Shown one piece after another: positions 8,367 through 16,809 of a stretch of DNA of 38,460 bases. The translations under genes and the position numbers were made by a program. Source of the DNA: Candidatus Woesearchaeota archaeon. Its GTDB lineage: Archaea > Nanobdellota > Nanobdellia > Pacearchaeales > GW2011-AR1. Each line of letters opens with the position of its first letter. The stretch's first letter is position 1. The notes under the pieces were generated by a model. It did not search any database, was not told where the DNA came from, and saw only the letters and a program-made list of their open reading frames with translations. The DNA is taken from NCBI GenBank assembly GCA_964611235.1, contig CAZSWH010000002.1, positions 1-38,460 of the forward strand, given 5' to 3'.

Positions 8367-9020
8367 ATGAAAACTTTATTTATTGAGATGCGGAAGAAGG
8401 TTAAAGATTCCAATATAGATTTATCTGTTTTGAGAGATTTACCAGGGAAAAAAATTTCTGTCGGTGCGATTATTCAATATATTGAATTAATTCCTAAAGT
8501 GAAAAGGTATCTTGAAAGCAATGGCAAAGAAGTTTTAATAAAAAAAGGAGCGTGTTACAAAGGCCATATTCTTGGGTGTGATTCTTCAGCATTTGACAAA
8601 ACTGCTGATGCTCTGCTTTTAATTGCCGACGGAAAATTTCATGCAATAAACAACGCAATTCAACTTCAAAGAGAAATTTATGTTTTTAATACAAAGACTA
8701 TGGAAAAAATTTCTCAAAAAGAAATTCAGGAGTTCAACAAAAAAATTCTCGCTAAAAAAAAGATTTTCCTTTCTGCAGATGTAGTGGGTATTATTGTTTC
8801 ATTAAAGATTGGGCAAAAGAGTAATTTAGTAAATAGTATAAAGGAAAAAATAGAACATTTAAATAAAAAAGTTTTTGTCTTTGAGTGTGACAATGTAAAT
8901 CCCTCGGAGTTTGAGAGTTTCCCGCAGGTGAAAATTTTAGTGAATACTGCTTGTTTTGGTCTTGCACAAGATGATAAAAGAATAATTAACCTCTCTGATG
9001 TTTTAGAATTTTTGAATTAA
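8367..9020 (+). CDS. dph2: Dph2-like 2-(3-amino-3-carboxypropyl)histidine synthase lacking the N-terminal domain
   Basis: GHILGCDSS, LLLIADGKFHAINN, VGIIVSLKIGQ and VNTACFGL align with domains 2 and 3 of archaeal Dph2 (GQVLGC, G-x-FH, VIVS-x-K-x-GQ, ACPR). Only 217 aa. Confidence 0.65.
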   Translation: MKTLFIEMRKKVKDSNIDLSVLRDLPGKKISVGAIIQYIELIPKVKRYLESNGKEVLIKKGACYKGHILGCDSSAFDKTADALLLIADGKFHAINNAIQLQREIYVFNTKTMEKISQKEIQEFNKKILAKKKIFLSADVVGIIVSLKIGQKSNLVNSIKEKIEHLNKKVFVFECDNVNPSEFESFPQVKILVNTACFGLAQDDKRIINLSDVLEFLN

Positions 9021-9032
9021 ATTTTGTTTTGT

Positions 9033-9401
9033 CTAAATCTTTGCCATTGCGAAAACAGTTTTTAGAGATACAATTATCGTAGCGGGGACAAACAAAACAA
9101 TTAAAGAATATAATATATTTCTTAAGTATGTAACAATTTGATTATTCATTGAAACATATTTTAATGGTTCTGTTCCGAAAGCTCCAACAATTACAAGAGA
9201 TAAACTTGCAAGGAGGAATGTACTGGAGTTCTTGTCACCAGAATTCATAAAACCCACAATTAAACCTATGATAATAAGAGCAGAGTAAAATAGACTCCCT
9301 GCTGATTCAAGAGATTTATTAAATATCCCCAAGACTATTGCAAGAACGACCCCTGTAAGAAAAGCATATGCTCCTAATAAATTTTCTTTTGACCTTACCA
9401 T
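9033..9401 (-). CDS. Small integral membrane protein (about 4 TM segments)
   Basis: Four hydrophobic stretches. No recognisable motif. Confidence 0.5.
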   Translation of the reverse strand: MVRSKENLLGAYAFLTGVVLAIVLGIFNKSLESAGSLFYSALIIIGLIVGFMNSGDKNSSTFLLASLSLVIVGAFGTEPLKYVSMNNQIVTYLRNILYSLIVLFVPATIIVSLKTVFAMAKI

Positions 9402-9501
9402 AAAAACTATTAGATTATGAAATATTTAAATATATCTATCAGATATTTTAGAAATACAAAATAGAAAGTTTTATAAACTGCCGTAATTAGATAATTACAA
9501 C

Positions 9502-11247
9502 ATGATGAAAAGAAATTATTATTTAACCCTCGGAATTTTTGGGATTTTACTTTTAAGTTTAGGGGTTGTGATTGCTACTTCTGAAAATGGATTTATCATA
9601 TCTGTAGTTGGTGCAGGAGAATTAACTTCAAATAGAATCTCAGGAAATTCTGGAGAAACTGTTTCTTTCAATGTTCAATTTGGTAATTCTAATCAGACTT
9701 ATCAAAATGTAGTTTTGAGAATTTCTGGGACAGATGTTGTTGCAATGAATCGTTCTATAAGTGGAAATGAAACCTTTTCTGTTAATTTTGTGATTCCTCA
9801 AACTCAAGCTACGCAATCCAGAATAGTAACAGCAAAAGTTTATGATTTAAATAATACTATAAATATAGGGAACATTACAGATAGTGTTTATTATACTGTA
9901 ACAGATGCTTCAATTTCTGGTTGCACAGACCCTGACGCAACAAATTATAATCCTTCTGCTACAATAGATGATGGCTCATGCATTTATGATTCTAACGAAA
10001 CTTTCTGTATATCAGGAGAAAAAGGAGATTTAGAAATCTCTTATTTTACTATAGATAATATGGGAATAGGAGACGATGAAGAGTGGAATTTGTTAGACGA
10101 AATTGAGATTGAAGTTGAAGTAGAAAATACAAACAGAGATAATTATATTAAAGATGTTATTGTAGAGATGATGATATTGGATTGGAATGGGGAAGATGTA
10201 ACGAGTTATTTTGAATTAAATGACGAAGAAATTGATTTAGGAAGAATAAAAGATAGAGAATATGAGACTGCAGTTTTTAGAATTCCTGAATTGCCTGCTG
10301 ACCTTGAAGAAGGATATTATAAAATTTATGTAAAAGCATATTCTGAAGACGAAGGAGAAGAATCTCAATGTGTTAGTTCATCTAATGACTTTAACGAAAA
10401 GAACTATCAGGAGATAGAAGTTATCAGGGAAGACGACCCGGCAGTTATTGTTAGAAGCGATTTGATAAGGATGGATGTTTTGTGCGGAGAAAAAAATGTT
10501 GTGGTAAGCTTTGATGTTTATAATCTTGGTTCAGATGACGAGAGGAGAGTTTTAGTAATCTTAGAAAATACAGAGCTTGGAATTTATGAAAAACAAGTTA
10601 TAAGCAACCTGCGTTCTGGAAAGAAAAAAGAAATAACTTTTGTTTTTGATTTGTCAGATTATCTTCCGAAAGATATTTATGATTTGTCTGTAAAAACTTA
10701 TTTTGATTATGATGATGACGAGGATGAACTGGATAAGAATTCTTATGATGAAAGTTCTGATGATATTGGCAGAAGATTTTCTTTAAGATTAGATATTTTG
10801 GATTGCAAGATTCCTGAGCCAACAATCAACGCGAGATTGGATTCTGACGCTAAATTGGGTGAGAATCTTGTTGTGAGAATTAGCGTAAAAAATAATGCAG
10901 AAGAGGCAAAAAATTTTATCATCTCTGCAGAAGATTATGAGTTATGGGGAAACCTTATAAATATTGAGCCTACTTCAAGTTCAATAGGGGCAGGACAATC
11001 ACAGGATTTTTTAATAACTTTTGTTCCAGAAAAAGAAGGGACGCAATCTTTTAAAATTAGTATTATTGCAGACAATGAAACTTACGAACAACCATTTTCA
11101 GTAAATATAGAAGGAAAACCTGGTTTATTTAGGTTTGGTGGTCTTGATAGTTTTTCGCTTTATTTTCTAATAGGAATTGGTGTTTTGGTTATTCTAATCC
11201 TTCTTGTTTTAATTGTGAAGATGTTCTCTCGTAGAGCAAAAGAATAA
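9502..11247 (+). CDS. Secreted surface protein with CARDB-like beta-sandwich repeats and a PGF-CTERM-like sorting tail
   Basis: N-terminal signal/anchor (LTLGIFGILLLSLGVVIA), a GCTDPDATNYNPSATIDDGSC module, CARDB-like segments (GEKNVVVSFDVYNLGSDDE...; LGENLVVRISVKNNAEE...), and the C-terminus KPGLF...LYFLIGIGVLVILILLVLIVKMFSRRAKE. Confidence 0.6.
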   Translation: MMKRNYYLTLGIFGILLLSLGVVIATSENGFIISVVGAGELTSNRISGNSGETVSFNVQFGNSNQTYQNVVLRISGTDVVAMNRSISGNETFSVNFVIPQTQATQSRIVTAKVYDLNNTINIGNITDSVYYTVTDASISGCTDPDATNYNPSATIDDGSCIYDSNETFCISGEKGDLEISYFTIDNMGIGDDEEWNLLDEIEIEVEVENTNRDNYIKDVIVEMMILDWNGEDVTSYFELNDEEIDLGRIKDREYETAVFRIPELPADLEEGYYKIYVKAYSEDEGEESQCVSSSNDFNEKNYQEIEVIREDDPAVIVRSDLIRMDVLCGEKNVVVSFDVYNLGSDDERRVLVILENTELGIYEKQVISNLRSGKKKEITFVFDLSDYLPKDIYDLSVKTYFDYDDDEDELDKNSYDESSDDIGRRFSLRLDILDCKIPEPTINARLDSDAKLGENLVVRISVKNNAEEAKNFIISAEDYELWGNLINIEPTSSSIGAGQSQDFLITFVPEKEGTQSFKISIIADNETYEQPFSVNIEGKPGLFRFGGLDSFSLYFLIGIGVLVILILLVLIVKMFSRRAKE

Positions 11248-11283
11248 TTGAAAAGTTTTTAAAGCAACTAATCATTTAATTCT

Positions 11284-11841
11284 ATGGATAATCAGTCTAA
11301 AAAATTAATTGGGCTTTTTATAAGGTATTTTTTTGTTTTGATTCTTGGTGCTGGGAATCTTTATATTTTTTATAGTATTTTGACACCTCTTACGGTTTTT
11401 TTGGTTAGCGAGGCGGTTTCTCTTTTTACAGAAGTTTCTGTTTCAGGAATTTCTATTTATCTGGAAAATTTTACTGTTGAACTTATTGGCGCTTGTGTTG
11501 CGGGCTCAGCATTTTTTTTGATGTTTATCCTTATATTCTCAACAGCAGATATAAAACCAAAGAAAAGATTTTATGCTTTAGTTACAGCTTCGGCGTTGCT
11601 TTTTTTATTGAATTTTTTTAGGATTGTCTTTTTAATTTTTATTTATTCCCCAGAAAGTGTTTATTTTGATGCGGTGCACTGGATATTATGGCATCTCGTT
11701 TCTGTGTTCTTCGTCGTAGGGGTATGGTTTCTCGTTGTGAAATTGTATAAGATAGAATCTGTGCCGGTTTATTCAGATATTAAATATTTATTAAGTTTTT
11801 CAAAAAAGGGAAAAAAATCCGAGCGACGCAAGAAGAACTAA
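11284..11841 (+). CDS. Exosortase/archaeosortase-family protein (small form)
   Basis: Polytopic 185-aa protein with the family's Cys/Arg/His arrangement: LIGAC(71)VAGS, LLN-FF-R(113)-IVFL, and H132/H137 (AVHWILWH). Sits directly downstream of a protein with a PGF-like C-terminal tail. Confidence 0.55.
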   Translation: MDNQSKKLIGLFIRYFFVLILGAGNLYIFYSILTPLTVFLVSEAVSLFTEVSVSGISIYLENFTVELIGACVAGSAFFLMFILIFSTADIKPKKRFYALVTASALLFLLNFFRIVFLIFIYSPESVYFDAVHWILWHLVSVFFVVGVWFLVVKLYKIESVPVYSDIKYLLSFSKKGKKSERRKKN

Positions 11842-12279
11842 GAATCCCGCTATAATTATTCCTATTGATATTGCTAAGAAACTTTTTATTCTTTCTAAAT
11901 TTGTCGCCCATGCGAGCAGTGTTCCTGTCCATGCCCCTGTTCCCGGAATAGGGGTTGCAACGAAGACCATTAAAATAATATATTTCCAGTTTCCAAAGCT
12001 TTCTTTAATCTTATTTATCTTCTTTTGTGTTCTTTTTAATGTCCAACCAAATGATTTTCTGTAGAAAAATGATTTCTTTATTGCGAATTGGTGCAGGAAA
12101 TCAAGAAACAAGAAGATTAGAGGAATAATACTGATATTGATAAGAAGAACAAGAAAAAAGTAGGGCCATATTGAAATTCCATTTCTTATAAGACATCCAA
12201 TTATTACTGGGAGTCCGACTCTTAATTCTGTTATTGGGAGTATTGTTAAAATAAGTCCAAGTAAAATTTGTGGTTCCAT
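11800..12279 (-). CDS. Small membrane protein of the putative small multidrug export family (COG2426-like)
   Basis: N-terminal LPITELRVGLPVIIG matches the ELRxxIP signature. About 4 TM segments, 159 aa. Confidence 0.55.
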   Translation of the reverse strand: MEPQILLGLILTILPITELRVGLPVIIGCLIRNGISIWPYFFLVLLINISIIPLIFLFLDFLHQFAIKKSFFYRKSFGWTLKRTQKKINKIKESFGNWKYIILMVFVATPIPGTGAWTGTLLAWATNLERIKSFLAISIGIIIAGFLVLLASLGFFSLF

Positions 12280-12944
12280 TATTTCTCTTTGTAATATGAA
12301 CGGATTGTTTCAATTACGAATTTTTCAATTGGTTTTATATCTTCGCAATTGTTTATTTTTATTGTGTAGCAGTAAGAGTTTTTTTCTGATTGGGTGACAG
12401 AGGATTCTCCCATTTCTATTACAACCCCTCCTCCAATGCTATTGCAGTCGGCGAAGTTTCTTCCAGTGTTGTAGTAGACTTGCGGGTCTGTTGTTGAAGG
12501 CTCTAAGTTTTCAACTCCTACTGCTGAGTTTAAGAAGCTTGCAAGCGTGACAACTACAATAGGAATGTCCTCTCTACATCTATCAACTTCAGGGGAAAAA
12601 GAGATAAACGTTTCTCTCTTAAAAAAAGAGAAATCTCCTTCTGTATAAACATTATTTTTTCTTGGGTCGTTTCTGAGATATAAATTATAAATTAATTTGG
12701 GATTATTGAATGCTAAAAATTTCCCGTGGTAAAATTTTGTTCCACCGTGGTTTTCAATTACCCAATCAATATTAGCATATTCAAAACTTTTTAAACTCTG
12801 TAAATAAAAATAAGTTCCAAAGAATACCACAAAAAAGAAAATAATTATTCCAAATATCCAAAGTAATTGTTTGTTTTCTTTTTCTTCTATTTTTTTATTT
12901 TTATCACCTTCTATTTTTTTTGACTGAGTTGTTTTCTTTTTCAT
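12279..12944 (-). CDS. N-terminally membrane-anchored extracytoplasmic protein, unknown function
   Basis: Lys-rich N-terminus, one TM segment (LLWIFGIIIFFFVVFFGTYFYL), and a Cys-containing ectodomain. Its stop overlaps the next ATG (TAATG at 12277-12281). Confidence 0.5.
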   Translation of the reverse strand: MKKKTTQSKKIEGDKNKKIEEKENKQLLWIFGIIIFFFVVFFGTYFYLQSLKSFEYANIDWVIENHGGTKFYHGKFLAFNNPKLIYNLYLRNDPRKNNVYTEGDFSFFKRETFISFSPEVDRCREDIPIVVVTLASFLNSAVGVENLEPSTTDPQVYYNTGRNFADCNSIGGGVVIEMGESSVTQSEKNSYCYTIKINNCEDIKPIEKFVIETIRSYYKEK

Positions 12945-12957
12945 ATGTCTGATAAAA

Positions 12958-13512
12958 TTAATTAATATTTAAAACTTTATACAAGAAAGCGTCTGCTCCT
13001 TTTTTCTGTTCTCCGACTATATAGACGCAATTTTCTTTTTTATATACTAAAGAGCCCCCTTCTTCAAATATTATAAAATTATTACTGCAATCTTTTGTCG
13101 GGATGTCTTCTTTGCATTCTTCGTTAGTGCACGCTTTTTGGTATCTTAATATATAAGATTTGATGTTGTTAAGAATTTCAATGGCGCCTTCTTCTAATTT
13201 GTTGAAATAGAGTGGTTGGTTAGTATAGTTATTTAAATCGTAGATTCCTTCTATTGTTATGTTTTCAACTTCAGAAGGAAGATAAGAAAATGAGAATACT
13301 TTATCTCCTATTTGAGTTAGCCAGAATCCATTTTGTTCATAAAATTTAAAACCTTTTTCAGTTACGACTCCTTTTGTTGTTTCATCTTCTTTGCTTAGCC
13401 AAGAAAAACCAGCAGTTGAAACTACAAGCAAAAAAATCAGGACAATTCCAAGAATAAGTTGTTTTCTTTTGTTGCCTTTTTCAATCTGTTCTTTAGTTCT
13501 TATCTTTCTCAT
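12958..13512 (-). CDS. N-terminally membrane-anchored extracytoplasmic protein, unknown function
   Basis: Basic N-terminus, one TM segment (LILGIVLIFLLVVSTAGF), and a Cys-containing ectodomain. Confidence 0.5.
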   Translation of the reverse strand: MRKIRTKEQIEKGNKRKQLILGIVLIFLLVVSTAGFSWLSKEDETTKGVVTEKGFKFYEQNGFWLTQIGDKVFSFSYLPSEVENITIEGIYDLNNYTNQPLYFNKLEEGAIEILNNIKSYILRYQKACTNEECKEDIPTKDCSNNFIIFEEGGSLVYKKENCVYIVGEQKKGADAFLYKVLNIN

Positions 13513-13570
13513 AACAAGGAAAGAAAATGTTAGTTTAAATTTATTTCTATAAGATAAAAAAATAAAAGAA

Positions 13571-13598
13571 AAAGAAAAAAAGGGGAAAACCCCTAATT
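13571..13598 (-). terminator. Hairpin plus oligo-T terminator (duplicate of the S-layer terminator)
   Basis: On the minus strand, GGGG-TTTT-CCCC (13582-13593) is followed by a T-run, directly after the stop at 13599-13601. Confidence 0.6.
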
Positions 13599-13811
13599 TT
13601 AAACGACTACAAACTTTTCTTCAATTATTCTGGATATTGGTTTACTGGTTTTTTTGCTTAATTTTTTTAGTTTTGTTAAGGTTTCAGTTGATAAAGTTAT
13701 ATCTATCCTTTTTCTTTCAAATGGAAGTTTGTGAGTATTGTCGTATTTTTCCAGTGCATCAAAAACTTCTTTGTATTTTCTTAAAATATTTTTTATTTCT
13801 TTTTGATTCAT
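13599..13811 (-). CDS. Ribbon-helix-helix (CopG-like) protein, putative antitoxin partner of Doc
   Basis: C-terminal half RKRIDITLSTETLTKLKKLSKKTSKPISRIIEEKF has the strand-helix-helix RHH pattern. Its start lies 1 nt after the doc stop. Confidence 0.55.
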   Translation of the reverse strand: MNQKEIKNILRKYKEVFDALEKYDNTHKLPFERKRIDITLSTETLTKLKKLSKKTSKPISRIIEEKFVVV

Positions 13812-13812
13812 T

Positions 13813-14154
13813 TTAAATTATACATGTTTTTAATCTTTGTTCAATTTTTCTTATTTCAGTGATATTTTGGATGGCAATTGATACTATTTGATGAAGGAGT
13901 AAATTTCTATCTACTTGTTTGTTGTTTTTTTCTGTGAATGCGAATACTAAGAAAGTGGCGGTTCTTTTGTTTCCATCAGAGAACGGGTGGTCAACAAGTA
14001 TCGCTCTCAATAAATATGCAATTTTTTTATACTTACCTAATTTTTTATTATTTTGCATTTCAATTGCGAAATCTAAACTAGAATCACTTCTTAAATTCCC
14101 TCCAAAACCCCGATTTATTCTAAGTAAATCTTCCTTACTAATATCCATACACAC
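13813..14154 (-). CDS. doc: Doc (death-on-curing) / Fic-family toxin
   Basis: VDHPFSDGNKRTATFLVF matches the Doc variant of the Fic motif, HxFx(D/N)(A/G)NKR. 113 aa. Confidence 0.8.
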   Translation of the reverse strand: MCMDISKEDLLRINRGFGGNLRSDSSLDFAIEMQNNKKLGKYKKIAYLLRAILVDHPFSDGNKRTATFLVFAFTEKNNKQVDRNLLLHQIVSIAIQNITEIRKIEQRLKTCII

Positions 14155-14204
14155 AAATAATAGTAAGAAGTATATAAATCTTTCTGCAGGAGAAAAAGAA
14201 AAGA

Positions 14205-14237
14205 AAAAAAAGAAAAAAAGGGGAAAAACCCCTAATT
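14205..14237 (-). terminator. Hairpin plus oligo-T terminator of the S-layer gene
   Basis: On the minus strand, GGGG-TTTTT-CCCC (14220-14232) is followed by a long T-run immediately after the stop at 14238-14240. Confidence 0.6.
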
Positions 14238-16364
14238 TTAAACGACTACAAGAGTAGCTTCAGTAGTTGAAGTTCCTAAGTATTTCTTACCAACTGTTGT
14301 ATCAACATCTTGGTTAAGCAAGTATGTTTGAGCTTTTTCAGTATCAGCAGCATGGTAGCCAGCAACTAACAAAGCAGTCTTTCCAGCTCTGTTAAAGGAT
14401 TGTATCAGGAATTCTCCTGCGTCAACACCTGTTGCAGCAGTAAATGCGCTTTCTCTGTAAGCACCACCAAGTAATTCAGCAGCAATAGCATTAATAGCAG
14501 AACCTCCTACAACAACTAAATTCTTACCCACCATTTGGGAAGTTTCAGTGTCTTTAAGGATTATCGCACCAGCTTCGCCTCCTGAAGGTGTGCCTCCAGC
14601 AAGAACAGAAACTTTACCATAAACTTGGTCACTTGGAACACTAAAGATAACTTCATCATTATCTAAGTTTGCCTCAGGAGTCTTGATAATCTGACCGTTT
14701 GTAGTCATAATATCATTATCATAAGTTCCAACATTTGTGCTTGCAACTAACAAATCACCTGCAAGAGCAGCTTCTTTATCAGTAGCTTCTGTGTTGTTTC
14801 CAAACCACTTCAAAGTACCACCAGCACCATTTAAGATTGCATCTCCGCCTACATCAACTGAAAATGCTTGAGCAGCACCACCATCTGTGAAAGTTATGAC
14901 TAAGTTACCTAAAGTAACTGCAGCACTCATAGCGATAGTAGTATCTCCTACAATTATATCACCTAAATCTTGTGCTGAGAAGTTTCCATGCGTTGCATTA
15001 GTTGAAGCATAAGCAACCGAAAATCTTGGCTTTATAGCATCTTGAACAGTTCCGTCCACATCACTATAAAACACTTCTAATGTAGCAACCGATTGAGTTC
15101 CTTGAGTCTCTTGTGTAGAGTTAGCCCATCTAAGATAAATCTTATTGGTCTCTTGAGAACCATTAGTCAATGTAATAGCATCTTCTCTTCCATCAACAGC
15201 TTCTATAATCAAAACAGGAGCATCCAAAGTTTGAGCAGTAGATGTTAAGTCGGTATTATTCCAAAGGTCTTCTGCATCGTCAAAGTAAATCTTGAAATCC
15301 TCATAATCTACATCTGTGAGTCCATCAAATTTAATTTCTGCGAAGTTCTCAGGAAAAACATAACTTCCACCTGAATAAACTACATCATCAGTATCTCTCG
15401 TCTGTTTGTAGTTGTATTTAACACCAATATAACTTGCTGCCTCACCTAAAGTACCACCTATAGTCCATACCCATTCAGGGTCTGTCTCATCTTCACCAAT
15501 GTATTCTTCACCATCAGTATATGTCTTTGAAATATCTTCTCCAATCTTCAAAACTACTCTGCTAAGTTCAGGTGCATTAGAATGATAACCAATAGTGTCA
15601 ACCTCAACTCTCATACCATTTATCTTCTTAGTCCCTGATGAGGATATGATTTCTCCATTAACTTCAACACTATCACTAAAAATGCTATCTACTGTAAAGG
15701 TTTTACCGCCAACAGTAGCACTTCCCCCAACACTAAGAGAAAATTTTTCAGATGTAACTACAGTAATTGAACTTGCAGTCATAGAAGTTATCTCATATTG
15801 CTTTCCAAGAATTGTAAGATATAAATCATCTGCATCATCAGTCCCAACTAATGTAACATTGATAGCAGTACCAAAAACAAGTCTATACTCGATAGCTTTA
15901 TCATTAGTTAAAGCAACATTCTCAGCGAAGTCGTTGTCGTCAAAAGTTGTTTTAAGATTGATACTATCTGCAGTCAAGACAATCTGTTCGTCAATATCAT
16001 AATTAGCAGAACCTGTTCCATCATCCCAACTTATTCTTTCATCAAGAAGAGATGAAACCTTTGAATCAGTTATTGATGGAGGAATTTTCCCTGAGATAAT
16101 ATCTCCTCCAAGAGGAATTTCATCTTCAGTAACTCCACTTCCACCAGTCAAAGTAACACCACTTGTTGTAGCAACTGAGTTTAAGTTTGAAACTATATTG
16201 CTTGCGGAAGTAAAATCAGACGGGGCTGCACTAGCACCGTAGACAACTGCTGTATTGCTTGTAAATGGGCTTGGATAAGAAGCTGCGATAGCTCCACCAA
16301 TTGTAGCGCCAACTAAAACAACACTACTTAATACTGTTATAGCTTTTCTAAATATTTTTTTCAT
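14238..16364 (-). CDS. S-layer (surface layer) protein
   Basis: Signal peptide (AITVLSSVVLVGATIGGAIAAS). Ala/Thr/Gly/Asp-rich with no Cys. C-terminal block KNLVVVGGSAINAIAAELLGG ... GKTALLVAGYHAADTEKAQ resembles the euryarchaeal S-layer C-domain. Strong SD (AAGGAGGT at 16373-16380), a long leader, a strong terminator, and a G+C content clearly above its neighbours. Confidence 0.7.
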   Translation of the reverse strand: MKKIFRKAITVLSSVVLVGATIGGAIAASYPSPFTSNTAVVYGASAAPSDFTSASNIVSNLNSVATTSGVTLTGGSGVTEDEIPLGGDIISGKIPPSITDSKVSSLLDERISWDDGTGSANYDIDEQIVLTADSINLKTTFDDNDFAENVALTNDKAIEYRLVFGTAINVTLVGTDDADDLYLTILGKQYEITSMTASSITVVTSEKFSLSVGGSATVGGKTFTVDSIFSDSVEVNGEIISSSGTKKINGMRVEVDTIGYHSNAPELSRVVLKIGEDISKTYTDGEEYIGEDETDPEWVWTIGGTLGEAASYIGVKYNYKQTRDTDDVVYSGGSYVFPENFAEIKFDGLTDVDYEDFKIYFDDAEDLWNNTDLTSTAQTLDAPVLIIEAVDGREDAITLTNGSQETNKIYLRWANSTQETQGTQSVATLEVFYSDVDGTVQDAIKPRFSVAYASTNATHGNFSAQDLGDIIVGDTTIAMSAAVTLGNLVITFTDGGAAQAFSVDVGGDAILNGAGGTLKWFGNNTEATDKEAALAGDLLVASTNVGTYDNDIMTTNGQIIKTPEANLDNDEVIFSVPSDQVYGKVSVLAGGTPSGGEAGAIILKDTETSQMVGKNLVVVGGSAINAIAAELLGGAYRESAFTAATGVDAGEFLIQSFNRAGKTALLVAGYHAADTEKAQTYLLNQDVDTTVGKKYLGTSTTEATLVVV

Positions 16365-16590
16365 TATTATTAACCTCCTTTCAGCACCATCAGATTAGCC
16401 GCCTTTTTTAAGGCCGCGAAAACGCGTTCAACTTTTCTAATAGTCTGGCCGGAAAACTTCTACTCTTATTGTCTCATTGACACAAGAGCGAAAGTTTTGA
16501 CCTATAACAGGGAGCGTTATAAGTTGTAATCACTAGGGTTCCTTTATGAACACTAACTAGTTAATGCATTATTGTAAACAATAACGCTAA
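16365..16590 (-). promoter_or_regulatory. Long structured 5' leader of the S-layer mRNA (TATA-like TTTATAAA at 16610-16617)
   Basis: About 41% G+C by hand count for 16381-16560. Extended imperfect hairpin at 16453-16498 (aaaactt/aagtttt, ctctt/aagag, tgtc/gaca), a cgcg-aaaa-cgcg hairpin at 16415-16426, and no ORF. Confidence 0.4.
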
Positions 16591-16809
16591 ATGAACAACT
16601 CAAAAACCCTTTATAAACTTTACCATAAACCCCCAAAAATAACCCTAAAATGCCTTGTTTTACATAGTTTATTTATAAATTTTTTGTTATTTAAATTAAA
16701 AATAACACTTTTTTTAAATTTGGTTTTTGTTGATTGAATATATATGTGCTGAAATCCTATATATGTTTAAAACAGAAGATTTATATATCTGAAGTGTTAT
16801 ACCCTATAT

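Noticed and set aside
16381-16560. Checked whether the G+C-enriched structured region upstream of the S-layer gene is an SRP RNA, RNase P RNA or tRNA gene.
   Set aside because: I could not find the SRP helix-8 motif with a GNAR loop, RNase P conserved regions or a tRNA cloverleaf. Its position between a TATA-like box and a strong SD favours a 5' leader. It is kept as a finding because only a covariance-model scan can settle the question.
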